From Pseudomonadota bacterium (GTDB lineage Bacteria; Pseudomonadota; Gammaproteobacteria; Burkholderiales; REEB80), in the NCBI GenBank assembly GCA_018971485.1, contig JAGXAQ010000005.1, forward strand, positions 14,882-78,881: a DNA stretch of 64,000 nucleotides, written 5' to 3'. Below are positions 1 to 7,614 of the stretch, one piece after another (within the stretch, counting starts at the first letter, position 1; each line of letters begins with the position of its first letter). Position numbers and translations under genes: made by a program. The notes beneath the pieces are model-generated. The model was given only the letters and a program-made list of their open reading frames with translations. It did no database searches and was not told the origin of the DNA.

Positions 1-466
1 TAGTGCCGTTCCAACACCCGTCTTGGAACTGGAACTCCAGGTTGGTCTGATTCCAGGCCAGCCTGGCGCGAAAGGAAGGAGTGGCTGCATATCATTTATC
101 CTGTCTGTAAGTAAGGATAGTCATTACGGGGTCATTTCGCCGGGGCCGGGCTTTCAGGCCTTATCTGAAAAACCGGCTGGTCTTAATTATAGGCGGTTGA
201 ATGACGGTTTGAACAGGAGGAAAGGGAAAACAGCTATAACCTTATAAATCAGTGTGTTTCAGGAAGCATCAAACATGCAGATGAAACTCTCGCGGGTCCA
301 TCTGCGATGGCGACAGTTATAGCATGAGCGTGGGATCAGGCTCATCTGTTCATCCTCATCATCAGGCTGAAAGCCAGGGCAGCTTTCTGCCAGACAGGCT
401 GCTTCCTCGTCGTTGTCTTTTCCCTTGAGATACAGTCGATGTCCTTTTTCGAGACCCTGCCATGAG

Positions 467-1192
467 TTAGTAATGTTTCAGTTCCTTTCGTGTCAGATTG
501 CGCCAGGCCTGCAACGATGTATCGTGCGTGACGAGGAGGACAGGACGCCCCCCCTGCATGACTGTTTTGGGATGATCGATAAAGGCAATCCGCTCCGTTG
601 CACAAAGGGGTTCATGATTGGTGGAAAAGACCCCTTCAATATCAGGATGCTGGAGGATATCAGTCACTGTCATGCTGGTTTCGTTAAACGAAAGGCTGCC
701 ACGTAATCGGCCATCTTCGCCAGACAGGCGTAATCCGGCTCCAGCCAGAGCACCAATGATGCCACTGCCATCCCCTCCATGTTCAGACAGATGTATGCCA
801 GACTGTTGGGCTAATGCATAGGCCAGGTCTTTGTTCAATACATCCGTCTTGGCTGCTTGTCCAAATTGGATGAGGCCGGCTTTATTCTGATAGTGGGCAA
901 GATTGATGATACAAAGGCCCGGATCCGAGTCTTCTACCGCATAGTGTTCAAGCTGGTCTGCGATAAACCCAGTGAGCATGGGTTCGCTGACCTGGCTTTG
1001 GAGCTCAAAACACATGCTGCTGTTATGGGAGGTATACGCAATCGATGAATGGATGAAAAGTTGGTGGCGGGTAATGAATGCAGTGCTGGCATAGCCCTTC
1101 TTTTCCAGATCATCCCGGATGAGCTGAGCAATTTCTCCTGTACCCGGGCTGTCTAGATTGTCCGTATCATCTATGCTTACTAGAAAGCGCAT
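467..1192 (-). CDS. hypothetical soluble protein with N-terminal IDDTD motif reminiscent of the TiaS kinase-like domain
   Basis: 241-aa ORF starting 4 nt after the stop of the TonB-dependent receptor gene on the same strand (operon-like). Begins MRFLVSIDDTDNLDSPGTGE and has a Gly-rich GGDGSGIIGALAGAG segment. The family assignment is from memory only. Confidence 0.55.
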   Translation of the reverse strand: MRFLVSIDDTDNLDSPGTGEIAQLIRDDLEKKGYASTAFITRHQLFIHSSIAYTSHNSSMCFELQSQVSEPMLTGFIADQLEHYAVEDSDPGLCIINLAHYQNKAGLIQFGQAAKTDVLNKDLAYALAQQSGIHLSEHGGDGSGIIGALAGAGLRLSGEDGRLRGSLSFNETSMTVTDILQHPDIEGVFSTNHEPLCATERIAFIDHPKTVMQGGRPVLLVTHDTSLQAWRNLTRKELKHY

Positions 1193-1196
1193 CCTT

Positions 1197-3254
1197 TTAT
1201 AGTCCGTATTCTATTCCCGTATAAATTACTCTTCCTGCCTGGGGAAAGCCATAACTGGTTTCGTAATTCTTGTCAAAAAGGTTGTCTGCCCCGACGTAAA
1301 GATTGATATGCGTTGCTTCAATGCGTTTGTTGAGGCGAATATCAAACAAGGTATAGCCGTTCAACTGTCCAGTTTGCGACGGGGTTGAGTTGGAAAAATA
1401 TTGCTGGTTGGCAATAAAGAGCATGGAAGTAAAGAGACTGTAACCATCCTTGAAGTGGTAATCCGCTGAAAGGGTTACCTTATGTCTTGGACGATATTGC
1501 AAAAGATTCGTGCTGGCGCCGCTGGACTGATTTCTGGACTGCAGGTAGGTATAAGAGCCTTTTAGATCCAGATGCCTGAAATAATCGGTCTGCCCAGTGA
1601 ATTCGACTCCCTGGAACAGGTAATGATCGTAGTTCTGGTAGAAATTTGTGTCATTGTTTTTTTCAATGAAATTATGCACATCATCGTGAAACAGCGTGAC
1701 ACCGATCAAGGTGCCCGGGAGAATCTGGTGATCAACGCCAATTTCTGTATTGATGGCAGTTTCAGGTTGAAGAGACGTATCTCCTGAAGTTACATCATAG
1801 AGTTGCTGGATCTCAGGGAAGCGAATATGCCGGCTGACTGAAGCACGGAATCGGGTCTGAGGGGTCCATTGATAGGAGGATCCAAGAAGATAGCCATTCA
1901 GATTATGATGGTTTCCGTTATTGAGTCGCTGCCAGTATTGCCCAAGGCTGGCGACCAGACCCAGCTTAGGGGTCAGATGGATGGAATATTGCTCAGCCAA
2001 AGACTGGATGCCAATTTCCTTGGCATAATTGATGGATTGCGTGGTATAAGTGCCGCCCCCTCCACCGCCTCCACCGCCGCCTCCACCGCCCCCGCCCCCT
2101 CCACCGCCACCAAGAGGGACGTTATGGAGCACACCGGTTTGGTTCCAGTATTCAATCCGGGTATCGGCTGCGACAGTGAGCCTGCTGGATTGTGTAGTGT
2201 CATAGCTCAGTTGCACGTGAGCGCCTGGAATATGGGTCGTATTGTGGGTTAGAAAGGTATTTTTTAGGGATGGATCGCTGATGGAATCGTAGTTGGCGTT
2301 GTCATAGCGGTTATCATCTTCGGTGAGTGTGTTGAAATAAAGCCAGGAGCGCAGGGCCAGTTTTTTCGTGGGCTGGAAATCGCCCGTTAGTTGAACGGTG
2401 TTACCTACAATGTGATCCAGACGCTCATACTTGACCGAGGATGCAAACGAGTCATTCTTGTCGTCAATTCCGGTTAGAGGCAGGCCATTTCTGCCTTCAA
2501 CATGGGTAAAGCTCAAATTGAAAGAGGTGTTGTGTGAAACCTGATAGTCAAAGTTGCCATACAGGTTTTTTCGCAGACGGTCACTATTGGAAATCATCCC
2601 CCCTGTTTTACCGAATGAATAGTGATTGCCGGAGGAGGCAGGTTCCCCTTCCCGCCCTGATTCACTGGCGCTAAGATAGTAACTGGTGTGGCCTTTGGAG
2701 CCAGATAGGGAGCCATAGAGGCGATTAAAACCATCTGTACCTGTTTCAGCACCTGCATTATCGAGATGAGCACGCCCATATCCCTTTTTTGTTATAATGT
2801 TGATAACACCACCCAAATCACCATCCCCATATAACATGGATGCACCTCCTGAAACCACCTTGATTTCAGCTATGGATTCAACGGGTATCAGGGTGGGATC
2901 GAACTGTCCGTCAAAAGTCGAGTTGAACGGGACACCATTGATGAGCAGCTTGATGTGCCGTGTGACAAAGCCACGGAGATCAATGCGGGGAGTGCCATTT
3001 CCGCCGACACGAATATTAACGCCAGGAAGCAGGTTGATTGCCTCATCCAGGGTATTGGCTCCCATTCGTCTGATCTGGGAGGCAGTGACGGTTCTGACCG
3101 TACTGGTTTGTTCAATTACTGAGCGCTGCGAAGAAACGACAATTTCCCCGCCCTGGAATACTTCGTTTTTGTTGGTGTCAGCCCAGGCGCTTGAGCAGCC
3201 AAGCCAGCCAATAGCAAGACATAAGGGAAGGGTTGCGAGGCGATTTTGATTCAT
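1197..3254 (-). CDS. TonB-dependent outer-membrane receptor (BtuB/CirA-like C-terminus) with poly-Gly insert
   Basis: 685-aa ORF. Signal peptide MNQNRLATLPLCLAIGWLGCSSAWA, TonB-box-like GGEIVVSS, plug motifs LPGVNIRVGG and GGVINIITKKG, barrel end NLFDKNYETSYGFPQAGR. Confidence 0.9.
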   Translation of the reverse strand: MNQNRLATLPLCLAIGWLGCSSAWADTNKNEVFQGGEIVVSSQRSVIEQTSTVRTVTASQIRRMGANTLDEAINLLPGVNIRVGGNGTPRIDLRGFVTRHIKLLINGVPFNSTFDGQFDPTLIPVESIAEIKVVSGGASMLYGDGDLGGVINIITKKGYGRAHLDNAGAETGTDGFNRLYGSLSGSKGHTSYYLSASESGREGEPASSGNHYSFGKTGGMISNSDRLRKNLYGNFDYQVSHNTSFNLSFTHVEGRNGLPLTGIDDKNDSFASSVKYERLDHIVGNTVQLTGDFQPTKKLALRSWLYFNTLTEDDNRYDNANYDSISDPSLKNTFLTHNTTHIPGAHVQLSYDTTQSSRLTVAADTRIEYWNQTGVLHNVPLGGGGGGGGGGGGGGGGGGGGTYTTQSINYAKEIGIQSLAEQYSIHLTPKLGLVASLGQYWQRLNNGNHHNLNGYLLGSSYQWTPQTRFRASVSRHIRFPEIQQLYDVTSGDTSLQPETAINTEIGVDHQILPGTLIGVTLFHDDVHNFIEKNNDTNFYQNYDHYLFQGVEFTGQTDYFRHLDLKGSYTYLQSRNQSSGASTNLLQYRPRHKVTLSADYHFKDGYSLFTSMLFIANQQYFSNSTPSQTGQLNGYTLFDIRLNKRIEATHINLYVGADNLFDKNYETSYGFPQAGRVIYTGIEYGL
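2052..2111 (-). repeat. (GGN)20 tract encoding 20 consecutive glycines inside the receptor barrel region
   Basis: Minus strand reads ggt ggc ggt gga ggg ggc ggg ggc ggt gga ggc ggc ggt gga ggc ggt gga ggg ggc ggc, flanked by HNVPL and TYTTQ. The ggt-gga-ggN-ggc sub-unit recurs. Confidence 0.95.
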
Positions 3255-3302
3255 TGTTCTATTTCACTAGAAAGATTAAACAGACAGGGGAAGACAGGGA
3301 TA

Positions 3303-3854
3303 TCAGTCCCAGTTCATTCGTTTTGTTTTGGTCAGGCCCAGTCCGATAAGGGATCCTGTATAGCCGAAAGCCAGATGGGTCATCAGCAAATAAGGTATGC
3401 TAAAGAACAAGGGCTTGAAGAACATGGGGCTTGTCATCATGACAAACCCTTGTAGCAACGGGTGGGCCAGAAAAGCCAGGGCGCCTGCCAGGGCAATGAT
3501 TAAGGGCCGCCTGGTTGCCAGACCAAAGAGTAAGTCAAGCGCTATACCCGTCATCATGAAGCTAAAATAGGCCAGAGGGTCATGCAACCCGATTAAATAA
3601 GTCACAAGTGTGGCGCCCATCGTGCAAAGTGTTGCTGCAAAACGATAAGGGGTATTCATGCGCGCATACATCAATATGGCCATGAGCATGAGTCCCTGGT
3701 GACCTGGGATATGCAAGGGAATGTGAACCAGGCCCTGGATCAGGCCAGCGAGACTGCCCAGGCTCAGTAAGGCCAGGCAGGAGCGTAGTGAGGGCAGGCT
3801 GAAAAATCCATCGGGATTGTCTTGAATATGTGCAGGTGACAGGGGAAGGTTCAT
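3303..3854 (-). CDS. small integral membrane protein, about 6 TM helices (size and topology of a solitary ECF-type S-component)
   Basis: 183-aa ORF with six hydrophobic segments by eye. First gene of the operon, 48 nt upstream of the receptor gene. HIPLHIPGH motif and Cys77. Confidence 0.65.
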   Translation of the reverse strand: MNLPLSPAHIQDNPDGFFSLPSLRSCLALLSLGSLAGLIQGLVHIPLHIPGHQGLMLMAILMYARMNTPYRFAATLCTMGATLVTYLIGLHDPLAYFSFMMTGIALDLLFGLATRRPLIIALAGALAFLAHPLLQGFVMMTSPMFFKPLFFSIPYLLMTHLAFGYTGSLIGLGLTKTKRMNWD

Positions 3855-3864
3855 GCTTTGTCCA

Positions 3865-3880
3865 AAAATAAATTTATTTT
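3865..3880. promoter_or_regulatory. perfect 16-bp AT palindrome just upstream of the membrane-protein start codon (candidate operator)
   Basis: AAAATAAATTTATTTT equals its own reverse complement. It lies 10 nt from the start codon at 3854. Confidence 0.25.
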
Positions 3881-4209
3881 GTATGAATATATAAGAAAAA
3901 CGACATAATTAAAATATGTAATTTAATGCCTATTCTGTAACGGGCCTTTTTGTCTGGGCTGTTTGGCTGTAAACAGATCTTCCGGGTTAATGATAGAGCA
4001 TCATAAGGCGGATCCCGTCGTGAAAAATCCTGCCAGGACGCAAGGCTGGATGGTTTATGTTTCTGATAGCCTGCAATGCAGCTGTCCTGGATTCCAGGGG
4101 CTAGAATGACTTTAAAGTTGACTTAAATGCTTTATGATTTGTTTCTTGGACGCAACCATTGCTTAATTTTTCCTTTAAGTACTAATGCAAAACAGAGAAT
4201 CAGGTTTAT

Positions 4210-5334
4210 ATGATAAATGCCTATTTCAGCAAATTGGGCCGACTGTTTCAGCAAGACCGCCTGCTGCAGGTTCTGGTGGCAATTGGTTTGGCTTTTTCCC
4301 TGGTTGAGCCAGGTGGAATAAGGCTGTCAATCGAGTCTATTGACTGGAAAACAATTAGTTCCCTGGCAGGGTTGATGCTTTTGACCAAGGGAATAGAAAC
4401 CAGTGGCTATCTTTCCCGTTTGGGATTAAGCATCGTACACCGATTGCATCATGAACGCCCGCTGGCTGTATTTCTGGTGCTGTTTTCAGCGTTCGGCTCA
4501 ATGCTGGTGACCAATGATATCATGTTGTTTATCATCGTTCCTTTGACCCTTGGCCTAAGAAAATACAGCCTCCTGCCTATAGGCAGGCTCATCATTTTTG
4601 AGGCATTGGCTGTGAATGCCGGCTCCTTGCTTACCCCTATTGGTAATCCACAGAACATTTTTCTGTGGCAGCACTCCAACGTTTCATTTTTTCATTTTAT
4701 AGGGCAGATGCTTCCTTTGGAAACAGGGTTGCTGGTCTTGCTGGTCCTCGTGACGGTTTTTTCATTTCCGAACCTGAAAATCGAGATGGAAGCTGAAATC
4801 ACGCCGGCTTTGACCAACATGCCCCAATTGTATCGTTGCCTGGTGCTGTATTTGGGCTTTGTACTGGCTATGGACTGGAACGTGCCCGGGTGGGGTCTGC
4901 TGATTCTGATGCTGGCTTTTATCTGGATGCTTCCTGAAGTCCTCATGGACATAGACTGGAGCCTGATGGCCGTATTTATCATGATGTTTTATGATGTTGG
5001 CCAGATGATTCACTCCGGATGGTTGTCTTCCTGGCTGGTTTCGCTACCCAGGCATTCGGACGGGTATCAGTTCTTTTCGGCAGTATTGGCTTCGCAGTTC
5101 ATTAGCAATGTTCCTGCCGCCTTGTTGCTGCAGAAGTTTATCTTGAAAGGCCCATGGCTTGCCTACGCGGTAAATGTAGGAGGATTTGGCTTTTTTCTGG
5201 GATCCCTGGCTAATCTCATTGCATTAAGAATGGCCAGGGAACGTGCCATCTGGTTACGGTTTCACCTGTTTTCTTTCCCTTTTCTTGTCATTGGGGCAGG
5301 GCTTGCCTGGGTGATTCTGGGAACAGGAATTTAA
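4210..5334 (+). CDS. ArsB/NhaD-superfamily anion permease (YbiR-like)
   Basis: 374-aa polytopic ORF with the PIGNPQNIFLW motif typical of the citrate-transporter/ArsB fold. Convergent with acr3. Confidence 0.7.
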   Translation: MINAYFSKLGRLFQQDRLLQVLVAIGLAFSLVEPGGIRLSIESIDWKTISSLAGLMLLTKGIETSGYLSRLGLSIVHRLHHERPLAVFLVLFSAFGSMLVTNDIMLFIIVPLTLGLRKYSLLPIGRLIIFEALAVNAGSLLTPIGNPQNIFLWQHSNVSFFHFIGQMLPLETGLLVLLVLVTVFSFPNLKIEMEAEITPALTNMPQLYRCLVLYLGFVLAMDWNVPGWGLLILMLAFIWMLPEVLMDIDWSLMAVFIMMFYDVGQMIHSGWLSSWLVSLPRHSDGYQFFSAVLASQFISNVPAALLLQKFILKGPWLAYAVNVGGFGFFLGSLANLIALRMARERAIWLRFHLFSFPFLVIGAGLAWVILGTGI

Positions 5335-5537
5335 TGTTATGCAGGGTAACCCGGTTTCTTGAGTGTAGCCAAACAACCCGATATTTTTTGTATAAAGCAA
5401 AGTTGGAATCCTTGATAAATAAAGGGGTTTGGCTAGCCAGCCCTGATTTTTCCCATATTAGGTGATTCAGGATGTGCCCATGCTTAAGACGGGCTTATCA
5501 GAAAAACCAGGCATTGGATGTCCTGGAACCAGCTGAT

Positions 5538-6608
5538 TCATCTTGATGTGTTGACTGGATCAGGGTGTCCGGTTTTTAAGGCAGGATTCTGGTGGCAGGT
5601 ATACCAATTCCTGCTTGAGTTAACTGCACGAACAACTATCAGCATGACAGGGACTTCAACCAGGACCCCAACCACAGTTGCAAGGGCAGCACCCGATTGG
5701 AAGCCATAGAGGCTGATTGCAGTGGCTACTGCCAGCTCGAAGAAATTTGATGCGCCAATCAGGGTGGAAGGGCAGGCAATGGAGTGGTCGACCCTGAGTT
5801 TCAGGTTAAGCCAGTAAGCCAGGGTTGAGTTGATGATGACGTTAAGGATAATGGGAATGGCTAAAAGGGCAATAATGGCAGGTTGCTTGACGATTGTTGT
5901 GCCCTGAAAGGAAAAAAGCAGGATGAGGGTACACAGGAGGGCCCCCATGGACATGAATGCCATCTGATGGCGGACCTGATCAAAATAGGATGTCCCCCGG
6001 GTGGTCATGTAAAGGCGTAAAGGCCGGGAGATTAAGACGGGCAGAATGATGTAGAGCGTCACGGAAACAAGAAGTGTGGCCCATGGAACAGGGATGGAAG
6101 AAAATCCCAGTAACAAGGCAACAATGGGGGCATAGGCCACGATCATGATCGTGTCATTCAGTGCGACCTGGGATAAAGTGAACAGGGGATCCCCCTGGGT
6201 CAGCCGGCTCCAGACAAACACCATGGCAGTGCAGGGCGCTGCGGCAAGCAGGATGAGCCCGGCTATGTAACTGTCTATCTGGGAGGCGGGTAACCACGAA
6301 GTAAAGAGGTGGCGTATGAAAAGCCAACCCAGAAAGGCCATCAGGAAAGGCTTGATCATCCAGTTGATAAACAAGGTGACGCTGATTCCTTTCCACTGTC
6401 TTTTGAGTTGATGCAGTGCACTGAAATCGATTTTGACAAGCATTGGAATGATCATGATCCAGATGAGGATGCCAACTGGAAGGTTGACCTGCGCCAGATT
6501 CAGCCCACCCAGGAAATGCGCTGTTTGCGGAAATAGTTGTCCGAGGCTGATTCCAATAAGAATGCAGGCAGCTACCCATATACTGAGGTATTTTTCAAAT
6601 AGGTTCAT
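5538..6608 (-). CDS. acr3: arsenite efflux transporter ACR3
   Basis: 356-aa ORF beginning MNLFEKYLSIWVAACILIGI, a typical ACR3 N-terminus. Polytopic and downstream of arsC. Confidence 0.9.
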   Translation of the reverse strand: MNLFEKYLSIWVAACILIGISLGQLFPQTAHFLGGLNLAQVNLPVGILIWIMIIPMLVKIDFSALHQLKRQWKGISVTLFINWMIKPFLMAFLGWLFIRHLFTSWLPASQIDSYIAGLILLAAAPCTAMVFVWSRLTQGDPLFTLSQVALNDTIMIVAYAPIVALLLGFSSIPVPWATLLVSVTLYIILPVLISRPLRLYMTTRGTSYFDQVRHQMAFMSMGALLCTLILLFSFQGTTIVKQPAIIALLAIPIILNVIINSTLAYWLNLKLRVDHSIACPSTLIGASNFFELAVATAISLYGFQSGAALATVVGVLVEVPVMLIVVRAVNSSRNWYTCHQNPALKTGHPDPVNTSR

Positions 6609-6655
6609 GGCAGGTCCGGGCTCCGTGGTTTATCCGAAATTGAATGGGATGGTGT

Positions 6656-7105
6656 TCAATCAACCATATTCTTGGCTTCAGTGATGAAGTGCTGGATATG
6701 GTGATACAGGGTCTGATATGTGTCTTCAAAGGCCTGCTGTTTTCGCTCCTCATCCCCAACGACTGCTGCCGGGTCATCAAGGTTCCAGTGCTGGATGATT
6801 GCCTGGCCCGGCCAGATGGGGCAGGTCTGGGCTGCGCTGGAGCAGACCGTAATGATGAAATTCATTTTAGGTGCCCCAGGCGTGAGGAATTCATCCCATG
6901 ACTTGCTGCGCAAGGTGCTCTCCTTGAGGTTGTGGCGATGAAGGGTAATCCTGGTATAAGGATGAACCTGGCCTGCTGGCTGGCTACCTGCACTAAAAGC
7001 ATTGAATTCCCCCTGCCCAATCTGGTTGAGCAGGGCTTCTGCCAGGATGCTGCGCGCGGAGTTTCCTGTGCATAAAAACAGTACGTTAAGGGGAAAGGAT
7101 GTCAT
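6656..7105 (-). CDS. arsC: arsenate reductase, LMW-PTP / thioredoxin-coupled type
   Basis: 149-aa ORF with the LFLCTGNSARSILAEALLN P-loop (CX5R) and downstream Cys residues (TVCSSAAQTCP). Confidence 0.9.
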   Translation of the reverse strand: MTSFPLNVLFLCTGNSARSILAEALLNQIGQGEFNAFSAGSQPAGQVHPYTRITLHRHNLKESTLRSKSWDEFLTPGAPKMNFIITVCSSAAQTCPIWPGQAIIQHWNLDDPAAVVGDEERKQQAFEDTYQTLYHHIQHFITEAKNMVD

Positions 7106-7135
7106 GAGGGTCCTTGTTGTGCGAAAAGGGGCATC

Positions 7136-7489
7136 TCAGGTTCGGGTTTGCTTCTGCATGGCGGGAGTATCAGGTGGATGCAGCGGGGCTATCAAGGAAC
7201 AGCCCTGCCCATTGCAGCAGTTCTCGGACAGGAACCGGATAAGCGCCTCCATGGTGGCATAATGGGCCGTATAGTAAATGCGGCGCCCAGCATGCCGTGC
7301 CTTGATCAACTGGCATTCGACCAGATCGTTAAGATGAAATGACAGGGCAGAAGCCATGAGGTTGAGTTCCTGTGACAGGTTTCCTGCTGTCACGCCCTCC
7401 GGGCCTGCCTGGATCAGGCGACGAACGATCGAAAGCCGGGTCGCGTGGGCAAGGGAAGCAAAGGCAAGAAGGGCAGCGTCGGTATCCAT
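7136..7489 (-). CDS. arsR: ArsR/SmtB-family repressor with C-terminal CC-x4-C site
   Basis: Internal ATG at 7489 gives a 117-aa protein starting MDTDAALLAFASLAHATRLSIVRRL. wHTH region present. It has no ELCVCDL motif; instead ENCCNGQGC sits near the C-terminus, as in the Acidithiobacillus-type ArsR. Confidence 0.85.
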   Translation of the reverse strand: MDTDAALLAFASLAHATRLSIVRRLIQAGPEGVTAGNLSQELNLMASALSFHLNDLVECQLIKARHAGRRIYYTAHYATMEALIRFLSENCCNGQGCSLIAPLHPPDTPAMQKQTRT

Positions 7490-7511
7490 GGCACGTATTA
7501 TACAAATTTTA

Positions 7512-7541
7512 TTGAAATATTCAAATTTATTTGAAATAAAT
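7512..7541. promoter_or_regulatory. two adjacent inverted repeats upstream of arsR (candidate ars operator/promoter)
   Basis: TTGAA-ATA-TTCAA at 7512-7524 and ATTTATTT-G-AAATAAAT at 7525-7541, 23-52 nt upstream of the arsR ATG. Confidence 0.4.
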
Positions 7542-7614
7542 AAATGGTGGGGTATGACACCCCCACCTGTAGGATAGGACAAGAGGACTGTCTTCCGAGT
7601 AGGCCGGGACAGGG

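Noticed and set aside
1-466. The 23..247 (+) and 342..605 (-) ORFs, plus a possible gene start on the minus strand at position 90 (MQPLLPFAPGWPGIRP...) running off the left edge.
   Set aside because: The two listed ORFs have no motifs, or overlap the 467..1192 gene out of frame. The 30-codon fragment at the edge is too short to call.
2040-2115. The GC-rich (GGN)20 tract, considered as a phase-variation switch or a CRISPR-like repeat.
   Set aside because: The unit is a multiple of 3 and the codons are heterogeneous, so slippage would change length, not frame. There is no spacer/repeat architecture.
3855-3900. A Fur box upstream of the TonB-dependent receptor operon.
   Set aside because: There is no match to GATAATGATAATCATTATC. 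Only a generic AT-rich palindrome is present.
3990-4070. Possible cobalamin riboswitch. The plus strand has cGTGAAAAATCCtgccAGGACGCAAGGCTGG, reminiscent of the GGTGAAAATCC...GCCACTG core, next to a BtuB-like receptor operon.
   Set aside because: There is no GGGAA element, no recognisable B12 box (AGCCAGGAGACCTGCC) and no GCCACTG. The resemblance is also on the strand leading to the permease, not to the receptor operon. Only a covariance-model scan could rescue it.
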